From Eledone cirrhosa (Eukaryota): a stretch of DNA of 64,000 nucleotides. Where the stretch lies: the NCBI GenBank assembly GCA_964016885.1, contig OZ024749.1, positions 30,318,001 through 30,382,000 on the forward strand, read 5' to 3'. Shown here piece after piece: positions 43,762-57,392 of the stretch; position 1 is the stretch's first letter; each line of letters begins with the position of its first letter. A program made the translations under genes and the position numbers. The notes beneath the pieces were generated by a model, which saw nothing but the letters and a program-made list of their open reading frames with translations, was not told the DNA's origin and did not search any database.

Positions 43762-46012
43762 ATTTATTAATGCATGGACAGTTATATGACCTCCTTTTCA
43801 GCCGAGAGACATACCAATACATATTCAAACATTGTGGGTCAACATTCATTACAGAATTTAGAGTGGCAGTACACACTTCGAGATTACATTTATATTAATA
43901 GGTACAATCAAAAATCAAAGATATAGGTTAAAGTACAACATGAAGATAAGTGGTTATATAGTGCAAATGTTATATGTGTGGCACGCATGTGCGTCTTGTT
44001 TATATAGTGTGGCAGAGAGATATGTGTGGTAGAGGCACTTAGGTAGGTAAATAAGAGTGTTAGGTTGGTAGATCTGGTGGTAAAATCTTTATATGATTGA
44101 TATAGTCTGTGTGTGGAGAAATATTATAAGCATTAAAGATAGTGCAAGCATTAAAAGTGTTATAAGTATTGGAGATGCACAGCGCAGGGATGTCAAGTAA
44201 TTCATGTACTTCGGCATTTTCATGGTCAAGGGAGTGTATATTTCGATTATATGCCTTTCACATAATCCACGACAATCCAGTTAGAGATCGTAGTCTGGTG
44301 TTCTTTAGTTCGATACAGGAGGTTGTTACGTTTCGAGAAACGCCATTGAATACCGGAAGTGTGTGTGTGGCTAAGGGGAGTTAATGCATGCGGGGAGGTA
44401 ACTCTGGGGTTTCTATATCTAGCCATTAAAATGTGTCCCAATATGGACCCTAAATTCTATGGTGAAGTGCACCTTCCAAGAGAGACTTTTAAAGCATAAA
44501 GTGTATTAACTATAGAGTAGTTTAACTAAGTTATGCTGAAGGTGATCATATTATTATGGTGGATTAACCCATCTTAAGGTGCTACAAATGGAAATTATAG
44601 ATGATGAGCGAGGATTTTAAATTAATGATCTCTGTGGTTGTAGTCTGCTCATATGACCAGGCGCGGTGATTGCAGGACTGCTTCAGGACCCAATGATCTC
44701 TGGTATACCCATTTATACCTCTACGGCAGGTGTGACAACATCCACCCACTTGAACGGCACTACACCGCTCTAAGGGTAATTTGAGCATGAATTGATCGGT
44801 TGGATGGTGTTGGGCAGAGGAAACACCTTCCTTAGACAGATGTAAAATGATTTAATCGAGTAGCGCTGTTGACCAGTAGGACCGGGCTGCCGAGCGCAGT
44901 GAGTGAATGCAATGCAACTGCCGTGCGGGTTGTACGTATATGGATGATCTGACGGTCAGAGAGGGGTTGCGAGGACTGCGGATTGACCTTTGGCCTGCCT
45001 GGGGACGATTATCGTTCGACATCCAATGTAGCAAGCGATGACCCAGATCTTACCAGAGATCATTGGGTCCTGAAGCACTCCTGCAATCACCGCGCCTAGT
45101 CATATGAGCAGACTACAACCACAGAGATCATTAATTTAAAATCCTCGCTCATCATCTATAATTTCCATTTGTAGCACCTTAAGATGGGTTAATCCACCAT
45201 AATAATATGATCACCTTCAGCATAACTTAGTTAAACTACTCTATAGTTAATACACTTTATGCTTTAAAAGTCTCTCTTGGAAGGTGCACTTCACCATAGA
45301 ATTTAGGGCCTATATTGGGACACATTTTAATGGCTAGATATAGAAACCCCAGAGTTACCTCCCCGCATGCATTAACTCCCCTTAGCCACACACACACTTC
45401 CGGTATTCAATGGCGTTTCTCGAAACGTAACAACCTCCTGTATCGAACTAAAGAACACCAGACTACGATCTCTAACTGGATTGTCGTGGATTATGTGAAA
45501 GGCATATAATCGAAATATACACTCCCTTGACCATGAAAATGCCGAAGTACATGAATTACTTGACATCCCTGCGCTGTGCATCTCCAATACTTATAACACT
45601 TTTAATGCTTGCACTATCTTTAATGCTTATAATATTTCTCCACACACAGACTATATCAATCATATAAAGATTTTACCACCAGATCTACCAACCTAACACT
45701 CTTATTTACCTACCTAAGTGCCTCTACCACACATATCTCTCTGCCACACTATATAAACAAGACGCACATGCGTGCCACACATATAACATTTGCACTATAT
45801 AACCACTTATCTTCATGTTGTACTTTAACCTATATCTTTGATTTTTGATTGTACCTATTAATATAAATGTAATCTCGAAGTGTGTACTGCCACTCTAAAT
45901 TCTGTAATGAATGTTGACCCACAATGTTTGAATATGTATCAATGTTTGAATATGTATTGGTATGTCTCTCGGCTGAAAAGGAGGTCATATAACTGTCCAT
46001 GCATTAATAAAT

Positions 46013-46059
46013 TGCTCCGAAGAATCCAAACCTCGGTTTGGAGGAAACAGCTGTAAGCA
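46013..46059 (+). ncRNA. Hammerhead variant (CCGAAGA core), right arm
   Basis: Inverted copy of 43715-43761. Confidence 0.75.
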
Positions 46060-46273
46060 CAATAATGTTTTGAACAGTTCTTTGATTCTTATATTTCATA
46101 TAACTGCTCTGTAAATCATCTGATGTTTTTACATTGAGCTACTTAACTTACTGGTAATAAGGTAGTAATACATTACTGCCTACCACTATTTAGGGTGTGT
46201 GTAAAATACTTACAACTGCTTAAGGTTTTGTATTTACATAACCATAAATAGTATAACTAATACTATATATATG

Positions 46274-46338
<65 letters not shown>

Positions 46339-46339
46339 G

Positions 46340-46400
<61 letters not shown>

Positions 46401-46449
46401 GTATATATATATATATATATAACTATATATATATATATAACTATATATA

Positions 46450-46502
<53 letters not shown>

Positions 46503-46509
46503 GTATATA

Positions 46510-46565
<56 letters not shown>

Positions 46566-46593
46566 TATATATATGTATATATATATATATAAC

Positions 46594-46683
<90 letters not shown>

Positions 46684-46927
46684 GGTGTAACTATGAAACT
46701 GTACTTAGAATATTGAACAATCATTAACAAATTACCACTCAATACCTGAAAATCTAGAATATAATCAATTTTCTGGGAAGAAAATAGCTTTATTTATGTA
46801 TCTCTGTAGAGACTCATAGACTGCACAGAAGCTTCTTATCAAACCACTGTATGATATTTATATATATAACCATTATTTTTCTATTTTTCTATACACCTCC
46901 GCATATGATATATATATATCTATACGA

Positions 46928-46968
<41 letters not shown>

Positions 46969-46971
46969 CTT

Positions 46972-47004
<33 letters not shown>

Positions 47005-47016
47005 CATGTGTATATA

Positions 47017-47129
<113 letters not shown>

Positions 47130-47182
47130 GAAAGACATAAAATAAGAAAATTATAAAAATTAACTTACTTACTAAAATTTCA

Positions 47183-47262
47183 CTCCAACTAATTAGTTTC
47201 TGAAAGGGAATACACATGTTTTCCGAGGAAACGTATGGAGAAATCCTTTCGTCATCAGGGAA
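47183..47262 (-). ncRNA. Hammerhead (CTAATTAG family, as at 39836)
   Basis: ttcc-CTGATGA-c-gaaagg...cctttc-a-GAAA-CTAATTAG-TT-ggag. Inverted copy at 47403-47481 (+). Confidence 0.68.
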
Positions 47263-47647
47263 CTCTATTCTCAGCTAAGTTCCCAGGCAATGCGTGGACA
47301 CAGGGAACTTATACAAAAATAATTCAGTGGATGTAAAAAGGCAAAGCGTGGACTAAGTTCCAAGACATTGAAAAAATCACTGCCTATTTGGTCGGTGGCA
47401 AATTCCTGATGACGAAAGTATTTCTCCATGCGTTTCTTCGGAAAACATGTTTATTCCCCTTCAGAAAGTAATTAGTTGGAGTGAAATTTTAGTAAGTCAG
47501 TTAATTTTTATAATTTTCTTATTTTACGTCTTTCATATTATTTTTCTGCATCCCCTTACATTGAACCACAAAGTTACAAAGACAAAACCTATATATTTGC
47601 TAGCATAGGTATGCATCTGTATATATATGTTGGTAGATATACTAATT

Positions 47648-47749
<102 letters not shown>

Positions 47750-47788
47750 AATACACAAGAATCAAAGTTATGTTTAAAACATTTAATC

Positions 47789-47833
47789 GCTGACAATTGT
47801 TTCTTCCAAAGCTAGGCTTGGTGTCTTCGGAGC
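47789..47833 (-). ncRNA. Hammerhead variant (CCGAAGA core)
   Basis: gct-CCGAAGA-caccaagc cta gctttgg-aa-GAAA-CAATTG-TC-agc. Inverted copy at 48404-48448 (+) has a G8 mutation. Confidence 0.62.
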
Positions 47834-48628
47834 ACTATCAATGTTTGTAAATATAATTAACCTCCTATTCAACTGAAGAATCATACAGATACATATATAT
47901 TAATGTTGTGGGCAACAGTTTCATGTTTACAGTCTGGAATGGATGCGACATATATTATATTATACTATAATTGTACAATAATTCAAATTAAGATTAAAAT
48001 CAAAATTAAAATTAAAAGCATAGGGTGGAATACATGCGACAGATAATACAAGAGAATAGTCTTATAATTAAATTAAAGAGATAGTACATGCGTTAGTCAT
48101 ATATAAAGGAATAGAACAAGCAAATGTATCATGCATATATGAGTACTGTATGGCAAGGTATTACATTAAATACAAGCACTTTAAGCGAATATGTTAGTGT
48201 ATTATGGTGGTTGCAATGCGAGGATATTTTCTGTATAGTTCAAATTTGTGTGTGTGTAAAAAGAAAGTTACAGATTTCACATCCTTTACATAAGTTACGA
48301 TATATTTGTATTCAATGTTTGTTATAGTAATGGATTGTAATGTATTGTAACTCAGTGTTATTTAATCCATATTTATAGATTGGAGTTGTTAAGCATTGAT
48401 AATGCTCCGAATACTCCAAGCCTAGGTTTGGAAGAAACAATTGTCAGCGATTAAATGTTTTAAACATAACTTTGATTCTTGTGTATTCAATATTACTGCT
48501 CTGTAAAACAACTGAATGTTCTTACATTGAGCTATTTAACTTACTGGTAATAAGGTAGTAATAAATGACTTACCTTCCCTGTTTATAGTTGTTTATAGTG
48601 TAGTAATACATAACTATAAATAGTATCT

Positions 48629-48716
<88 letters not shown>

Positions 48717-48754
48717 TTATATATATATATATTTATTTATATTTATATTTATAT

Positions 48755-48785
<31 letters not shown>

Positions 48786-48871
48786 GATCAATGGTATTAA
48801 TAAATGGAAACTATATTTATAACACCATATTTATTTTATTATATACGTGTATTATTATAAATATCTCTTTG

Positions 48872-48941
<70 letters not shown>

Positions 48942-49080
48942 AAGGTTAAACAACGTTCAATAAATAAATCAAAGAATGAGTTTTACAATAGATTGGAAGC
49001 ACTCAACACTTTTCGTTTTCCTGAGTTATTAATATTAATTCAAAATATTAACAAAATAGATATTCTTGTGATCAAATATA

Positions 49081-49143
49081 TTTTATTATATATATTTCAG
49101 AGGTACTGAGTTAACTTCAACAGTACATCCTCATCAGATAAAA
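49081..49143 (-). ncRNA. Hammerhead (TATATA stem III family)
   Basis: ttttat-CTGATGA-ggat gtactg..cagtac ctct-GAAA-TATATA-TA-ataaaa. Confidence 0.68.
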
Positions 49144-49289
49144 TAAGATGATGCATGACATACACTGACATCTACCATGTCAGGGTACGTCATGCATTAT
49201 CGTACTTTTGAAGTTAACTCAGTACCTCTGAAATATGTATAATAAAATATACTTGATCACAAGAATATCTATTTTGTTAATATTTTGAA

Positions 49290-49343
<54 letters not shown>

Positions 49344-49708
49344 GTGAATACACACACTCACACGCACGTACACACCCACACACACACACACTCACCCCCC
49401 CACCCACACACATATTTATATGTATATATGCACATATACATACATATATATATATACATACTATATATATATATATAGTATTTCCGTTAGAAACGAAACA
49501 TTACGAATGTATGTTAGTGTATGTTATAATTAATATCTCACGGTTCTATTGTTTTCTTTTCGGTAATGTTACAATACAGAACTTACATTTCATATGTCAT
49601 GATAGAAGAGACTTTTTTTTTACAACCTACCCTACAGCTTCAGTCTTTAGTCGTATCTTGCGATATTACAATCTTCTTTGTACTTTCAACATTCTTCCTT
49701 CTATTCTT

Positions 49709-49772
<64 letters not shown>

Positions 49773-49883
49773 CGAAGGAGTTGTGCTAAGGAACAAGATG
49801 GACCATAACGCACCAGAGTACTCAATACTTAGGGTAGTAGAGTGGGTAATAGGAGAAAGTATGGCCCCGGGGTCATACTTTCT

Positions 49884-49927
<44 letters not shown>

Positions 49928-50138
49928 TATATTTTGAGAATAAACTCTCAGTCGTTTACAATAATTAAGCTCGAGGAAGGGGCTCTTCCGAGCAGTCAAT
50001 AGTGTACGATAAACACGAAATGTGTTTACATTGCAACAGACAAAGTTAGCTATTAATGAAATAAACTAATAAAAGTGAATACAATTTGTCTGTCTCGATA
50101 TAAGTCAATAAAGACAATATTATATTGGCAACTGCCAT

Positions 50139-50315
50139 GATTCCTGGACATATTTAAATTTCAAAATTCAAACCTGTTCTGTAGACGAATTTGAACCTCG
50201 AAACCCAAATAAGTTTCGCAACAGTGGAATGTGAATTGAAAAATAAAGAGAATCGAAATGGAATAGAAATAAAAGAGTGAGGTATCCAAATCTTCTGTGC
50301 TTATCAACAGGAATC
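50139..50315 (-). ncRNA. Giant hammerhead, U3-A8 core (TTGATAA)
   Basis: Inverted copy of 51148-51324; differs at core position 7 (T versus G). Confidence 0.75.
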
Positions 50316-51147
50316 CAGTAAGATTAGTCTATATCACATCAAAAATTTTGCAGGACTGACTACACGTGGGTAGGCAGGCCAAAACTAGCTATCCCACATT
50401 CACGGTGCTAGAAATAACAGCCGCTTATGCAGGATTAAGGATCAGCTCTTACAATAAAGGAGCAATACATTATATTATATTTTGAGAATAAACTCTCAGT
50501 CGTTTACAATAATTAAGCTCGAGGAAGGGGCTCTTCCGAGCAGTCAATAGTGTACGATAAACACGAAATGTGTTTACATTGCAACAGACAAAGTTAGCTA
50601 TTAATGAAATAAACTAATAAAAGTGAATACAATTTGTCTGTCTCGATATAAGTCAATAAAGACAATATTATATTGGCAACTGCCATGATTCCTGGACATA
50701 TTTAAATTTCAAAATTCAAACCTGTTCTGTAGACGAATTTGAACCTCGAAACCCAAATAAGTTTCGCAACGGTGGAATGTGAATTGAAAAATAAAGAGAA
50801 TCTTTATTGACTTATATCGAGACAGACAAATTGTATTCACTTTTATTAGTTTATTTCATTAATAGCTAACTTTGTCTGTTGCAATGTAAACACATTTCGT
50901 GTTTATCGTACACTATTGACTGCTCGGAAGAGCCCCTTCCTCGAGCTTAATTATTGTAAACGACTGAGAGTTTATTCTCAAAATATAATATAATGTATTG
51001 CTCCTTTATTGTAAGAGCTGATCCTTAATCCTGCATAAGCGGCTGTTATTTCTAGCACCGTGAATGTGGGATAGCTAGTTTTGGCCTGCCTACCCACGTG
51101 TAGTCAGTCTTGCAAAATTTTTGATGTGATATAGACTAATCTTACTG

Positions 51148-51324
51148 GATTCCTGTTGAGAAGCACAGAAGATTTGGATACCTCACTCTTTTATTTCTAT
51201 TCCATTTCGATTCTCTTTATTTTTCAATTCACATTCCACCGTTGCGAAACTTATTTGGGTTTCGAGGTTCAAATTCGTCTACAGAACAGGTTTGAATTTT
51301 GAAATTTAAATATGTCCAGGAATC
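51148..51324 (+). ncRNA. Giant hammerhead, U3-A8 core (TTGAGAA)
   Basis: gattcctg-TTGAGAA-gca..~80 nt..tgc-GAAA-c-[24-bp stem III with 8 G.U pairs]-GTC-caggaatc. Confidence 0.78.
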
Positions 51325-51605
51325 ATGGCAGTTGCCAATATAATATTGTCTTTATTGACTTATATCGAGACAGACAAATTGTATTCACTTTTATTAGTTT
51401 ATTTCATTAATAGCTAACTTTGTCTGTTGCAATGTAAACACATTTCGTGTTTATCGTACACTATATATATATATATATATATATATGTGTAAAAGTTCTA
51501 TTTAAATTGTTGGGATACAACAAGCAAATATTTTTATAACTGATATAAAGCACTCAACAAATAATTGGAGTAAAAATACGATATTAGTAGTTTCCAATTG
51601 TTAAT

Positions 51606-51683
<78 letters not shown>

Positions 51684-52397
51684 CGATATTAACAAATGGA
51701 AACTACTAATATATATATATATATATATATATATCCCCCTCTTTCTCTCTCTCACTCAATATATGTAATATGTTTATGCATATGTATATGTATATATGTA
51801 TATATGTATATGAATATGTATATGTATACATGTATATGAATATGTATATGTATATATATATATATATGTATATGAATATGTATATATATATATATATGTA
51901 TATATATGTATATGTATATGAATATGGATATGAATATGTATACATATGTATATATATGTATATATATATGTATATATATGTATATATGTATATATATGTA
52001 TATACATGTATATATATATATATCACTCTGTCTTTCTCTTTCTTTGTTTTTTCTCTCTCACCGTTTCCTTGTTTGTGTGGTTCACCCTATCTCTTTCCTC
52101 AGCGTGTATATACGTATATTTCTGTTTGCCTCTATATATCTAGGTTTACGTGTATGTGTGTATATTCATATAGATGCATATATCTACCTATCTCTCTCTT
52201 GTTATCCACACATATACATATATAAAACACATACACATACACACACACATATATATGTGGGTGTGGGTGTAAAACATGACGACTGTACTTATAACATTAA
52301 ACAATCACTAATGAAGGAACACTTTATTCCTGTAAGTAGAGTGTATAATTTATTTTCTGTTTCTGAAGAATACAAGTGCAGTGATATCGAGAATGTA

Positions 52398-52773
52398 AAG
52401 GGTGATCCGAAAGTCTTGTCACCTCCTACCAAAAAGCAATGAGAAACAGATTATATTCCCATCGCTGTCTCGTCCTCTTCGGAGGAGCTGGTTTAACTGA
52501 ATCTTGCAGTGAAGTCATGTCGCACATCCTCCATGCTCTTGCCAGAATGCACACGATCATGAGTCCATACACAGAATGCACACGATCATATGTTCATACA
52601 CTTGCAAGCAGCCTCTCTTCCAAAATGCTCGTGTCAGCCATCTGAAATAGAAAATTATATTATTATCATTATATATTATAATTAATGATATTGTATATTA
52701 TATTATTAACACAAAAAGTTATGAAAGTTAAAACAATATGTGACAAGGGGTGACAAGACTTTCGGACCACCTG
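52398..52773 (-). mobile_element. Internally deleted Tc1/mariner DNA transposon
   Basis: ~27-bp imperfect TIRs (aagggtgatccgaaagtcttgtcacc / ggtgacaagactttcggaccacctg) flanked by TA. Minus strand encodes an N-terminal HTH-like remnant MADTSILEERLLASV(W)THDRVHSGKSMEDVRHDFTARFS-KPAPPKRTRQRWEYNLF, with a 29-bp internal duplication. Confidence 0.8.
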
Positions 52774-53816
52774 TAGACTATAATGTAACAAATGTCCTTA
52801 TGCAAAATCATTATGGAAGGTTTTGAAATGAATATAAACATTCAAATACAATTTCTTTTATATTGTAAAATGAGGGACGTTTTCTGTTGGTTTAGTTGTT
52901 CAAAGAGTTAAGAGGGTACAGGCGTAATTTCAGATTTAGCTGCTATTTCTAGCATTTGAATCTAGAAGATTAATAAGTTTGTCGTCTAACATTTTCTGAC
53001 AGCAACACACGCCACTCAAAGGCATAGAAAGACCCTCTCCGACATTCCCCGACGTTCCCATCGGATCCCCTTCTTAATTGATATTCTTCTTCTTCTGTTA
53101 CCCAACTTTCCAAACTGAAACATTCATTTTTAGGGGTTTTTTCTAATGACTAGAATATATTCAGCTCCAATCACCTACATGTTATTGGATCAATCGACGT
53201 GATCCCATACCACATTCACTTACTGAGTGGTGTGGCGGCTCCTTAAATCAGACCGTGGAAACGATGTTTCCAGTGGACTTTACTTTACAATCAATCGGTC
53301 ACAAATTCTGCCAGGAAGGGATGTTACATCCGAAATATATAGGGTCTAAAGGTAACATTACTTCATGATTTTTCCTCTCTTTCTTCCTCTTCTTCACTGA
53401 ACCTCACCTCTCTAGCTTCTCAGTCGACTGTGTGGCCATATCCAAAATATATAGGTTGTAAAGGTAACAATATTTCTGATTTTTGTCTTCCTTTGCTTCC
53501 TCTTTCTTCTCTACTCTACCTCATCTCCCTTATTCCTCAGTTTAGTTGCCATAATATTTACAGCACCAACTCCACTGTGACAGCATCTAAAACATGATCA
53601 ATACTCATTGGCTATTTATATATAACAATATTAATATATATGCTCTTTATATATTACGATGTTGCTGCATTGTTATTTGCGTTTTCACATTCATAATTTC
53701 ATCCATTCTAGAAATATCGATCTTATTACTCTATATCGATTATTGATCTGTGATAATCAAAGACAAATCAGCTATTCATACGATGTGTCCTCAATAATTA
53801 TGATTAATGTTGAACT

Positions 53817-53931
53817 CTTCTTCTTCTTCTTCTTCTTCTTCTTCTTCTTCTTCTTCTTCTTCTTCTTCTTCTTCTTCTTCTTCTTCTTCTTCTTCTTCTT
53901 CTTCTTCTTCTTCTTCTTCTTCTTCTTCTTC
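53817..53931. repeat. (CTT)n microsatellite
   Basis: Perfect trinucleotide run. Confidence 0.97.
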
Positions 53932-55283
53932 TAATTACTGTCATTTGGTAGCCTGCAGTCAGATAAATGGCAGAGCATCAAATAACAACTCAACGAAGGA
54001 GCCTGCTTCTACGTGGTGTGTCATCCCTGGCCATTAATAACAGCGAGATCTATCTTTAATCACACCTATCTACAATATATGCAAACATTGAATGCTGTTA
54101 TCAGAGATTTCCTTCATATAGGGAAAAAAAGCAGAGGAGGGAATGATCCTGGTCTTATACTAGATTGCCCCAAATATATCGTTCCGTATATTTAAATATA
54201 GAAATTTAAGAGGCGGTCTTAGCTGAAATAGAATTGATTATAATGACGATTGACTGAGGTGATTGTTATACAGAAATATATATTTAAGAAGACCGACATG
54301 TTGGACTATGTAATCTCAGATATATAAATATAGGAGATGTTTGTATTGATCTGTTAATTATAGATGTAGCAAATCAGGTTTGACTGGGAGAGGAGGACTA
54401 AAGAACAATATCTAGTTAAAAAGATGGACATATTGGACGACGTAATCCTACTATAGGTCGTATACTAACGGAAGACTAAAACGGATTCTGTTATGAATCC
54501 CCTTTATCGGAGGTGCCCTGGGGTTAAAAAATAATAATATATAACTGTTATATTAATCTAATGGTTATAGTATCAAAGTATCTTTAACTACATGCATCAA
54601 ATCCTTGTCTCTCCGTCTGTAGGTATCTTTATCTCTCTATCTCTCTCTCTCTCTCTACACACACGCACACATATATATATATATATGAATTGAAAGAGAC
54701 AAGGCTGTGTGGTTACTAAGAACGAGTGTTTAGAAAGTAGACACAAACATAGAGGTAGACATTTCCCCTCATCAGTTGTTTGCTGCAGGTCTCAGGTGTT
54801 TCGGTGCATTAAAAACAAAACATCTATCCGCAGTGCGATAATAATTTTTAAAAGTATTAGGGAAAGAAAAAATGAAAAGGAAACGATAGCGAAGATATAT
54901 GATGAATTCTTCCGTCGACTTCGGCGTAGCGGATCCGAACAACCTACTCATTTTATTCAGTTTGGGTGCTTATGTCGGTCAAGATTAAATAGACCTACCA
55001 AGGATTTCCAAGCAAATTCTCAGATCGTGAGGTTTACTGAAAAACGTTGCCGGTATGTTTGATGATGTTTTTCTCTCCCTCTTTCATCTTGTAGCCTATG
55101 GATACAGCGAGTTTCGAAGTTCCTGATCCTATTATAAAACATAGATCCCTAGTTCATCTGCTGCTAGTCCAATTGCTCAAATGTCTCATGAGATATATTG
55201 GTTGCTGACAGATTTCTATGAGGCTTATCTTTGTACCTGAGTCATGGCCGTCCAACATTTCTATAACTACCATCAAGCTGGCT

Positions 55284-55363
<80 letters not shown>

Positions 55364-55380
55364 GTATATAATATAGAAAT

Positions 55381-55430
55381 GGCTTCTACAGGACTAGAAC
55401 AGTTTCATTCGAAGGATCATCAGAAAAGCC
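55381..55430 (-). ncRNA. Hammerhead (paralog of 20764 and 41975)
   Basis: ggctttt-CTGATGA-tccttcgaat-GAAA-ctg ttctagtc ctg-TA-gaagcc. Confidence 0.5.
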
Positions 55431-56099
55431 CTTACTTACTGTGGTTTGAACGTATGTTGTTTGAACGCATGTGGTACAATATACGAAACCAATCATAACA
55501 GACTTTATTCTTACACCAAACAATATATTATCTGTTATTTACCCTTTAGCAGTCATATTACTCTATATAAACTATTATATTTTCATGGTAAAGGCTTTAC
55601 CTCACATATTATCGAATCTATGAGATTTTTATGTTATTTATTTTGAGAACAATACATTAACACCAGTATGGTTAGTCGGTTTAAGCCGGTTTGAAACCTG
55701 TCATAACAGACTTTATTCTTACACAAAATGTAATATCTATCCTTAACCCTTTACCATTTATATTACTCTATATATACCATTGTATTTTCATGGTAAAGGC
55801 CTTACCTCACATATCGAATCTATGAGATTTGATATTATTTATTTTGAGAACAATACTTTAACATTAGTATGAGTGATCGGTTACGGCCGGTTTCAAGAGA
55901 AAAAAGGTGAAACAATCCTGGCCAGATACAGCCGGTTTAAATGTTAAGGTGTTAATGCCTGTTATTATTTTTTTTTTATATCGACATCAACTAACAACAC
56001 GTATTCAAATTTAACGACACGATTCACACATTAAAAAATAATATCAATCCACAGCATTAGATAAAAAATAACAATGTTAAACAAAATGGTAACAATGGC

Positions 56100-56475
56100 G
56101 TACGTTCATCATTAACATCAACATCAACATCAAAATTAACCACTATCACATTAACACAATGCCAATATTATCAACAACATTATCAACATCACTATCAATA
56201 CATTTAGCACCACCACCGCTATAATCATAGCCAGTATCAACATTAGCCATGTTTATCATTACTAATATCATTATCATCGCTATCATCATCATTATCATCA
56301 CCACCACCACCGCCACTGTCACCACCTTGAATATCATCAATCACCATTATTAACACTATCATTATCATCACTATTATTGTCAATGCTATCATAATCACCA
56401 ATATCATCAGCAGCAACATCACTGTAATGACCACTCTTATCACCTTAACATTACCACAATTATCATCATCATCCG

Positions 56476-56527
<52 letters not shown>

Positions 56528-57140
56528 CTATCATCACCACCATCACCATCTCCAACGTCATCATCACCACCATCATCATCACCATCACCACCATTATCAT
56601 CACCACCACCACCAACATCACTATCATTACCACATCATCATCATCACAACTCTAATCACCACTCTCTCATCAACACATCATCATCACAACTAACACCCCC
56701 CCACCACCACGTCAATAGCAACAACAACAACAGTGTAATATAAAAATATGGATGTCAGTCAGTAAAACAGGATGTTCCACTGGCAATTCAAGATTAAGAA
56801 AAAGATGAAGACGAAGAAAAAGAAGAAAAAAAGCGAAAAAATTAGAGAAAGGAGAAAGAAAAAGTAGAAAGAAAAAAGAAGAGAAAAGAAAAAAATTCAA
56901 AGAAAAAAAAAGAAGAAGAAAAAGAGAAGAAAACAAGAGGAAGAAGAAGCAAAAGAAGAAAAAAGAAAAGTAAGAAAGAAGGATAAGAATAAGAAGAAGC
57001 TGAAGAAAATGTAGAAAAAGGTAAAGTAAGAAAGAAGAATAAGAAGAAAAAACTGGAAGAAGAAGCAAAAGAAGAAAAAAAAGTAAGAAAGAAGAATAAG
57101 AAGAAAAAAAGGAAGAAAAAGAAAAAGAGGAGAAGAAGGA

Positions 57141-57191
<51 letters not shown>

Positions 57192-57260
57192 GAAGAAGAA
57201 GAAGAAGAAGAAGAAGAAAGGAAAGTAAGAATAATAATAAGGAGAAGAAGAGGAGGTAGA
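56100..57260. repeat. Low-complexity CAT/CAC, GAA-rich and (AAT)n tracts
   Basis: Direct inspection. Confidence 0.9.
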
Positions 57261-57392
57261 GGAGCTGCCAGACAGCCACTTTGGAAACTGATTAAACTGC
57301 TCACCTGGTAATTACTTCGAATTCCATCATCAATGGAGGAAACAATATTGAAATTAGAAATAGACCAGATTAGAAAATATACTGGAGCAGAT

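Larger units (their letters stand above)
43673..46265. repeat. ~1030-bp inverted repeat with ~350-bp spacer in (TA)n
   Basis: 43673-44703 versus 45053-46100 are nearly identical; duplicated ORF-track peptides on opposite strands confirm this. Confidence 0.95.
49921..51463. repeat. 548-bp unit: ~1.6 tandem copies followed by ~1.2 inverted copies
   Basis: The unit restarts at 50469; the strand switches at ~50801. Confidence 0.92.

Noticed and set aside
44907-45041. Short plus-strand frame containing YMDD
   Set aside because: Only ~44 codons, no other RT motifs, and antisense to the element's apparent orientation; chance match.
52440-52660. Host exon suggested by tttcag|ATG
   Set aside because: Lies inside mariner TIRs and encodes a disrupted transposase N-terminus.
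55492-55895. ~205-bp diverged tandem duplication
   Set aside because: The duplication is real, but I could identify no ribozyme core, ORF or termini.
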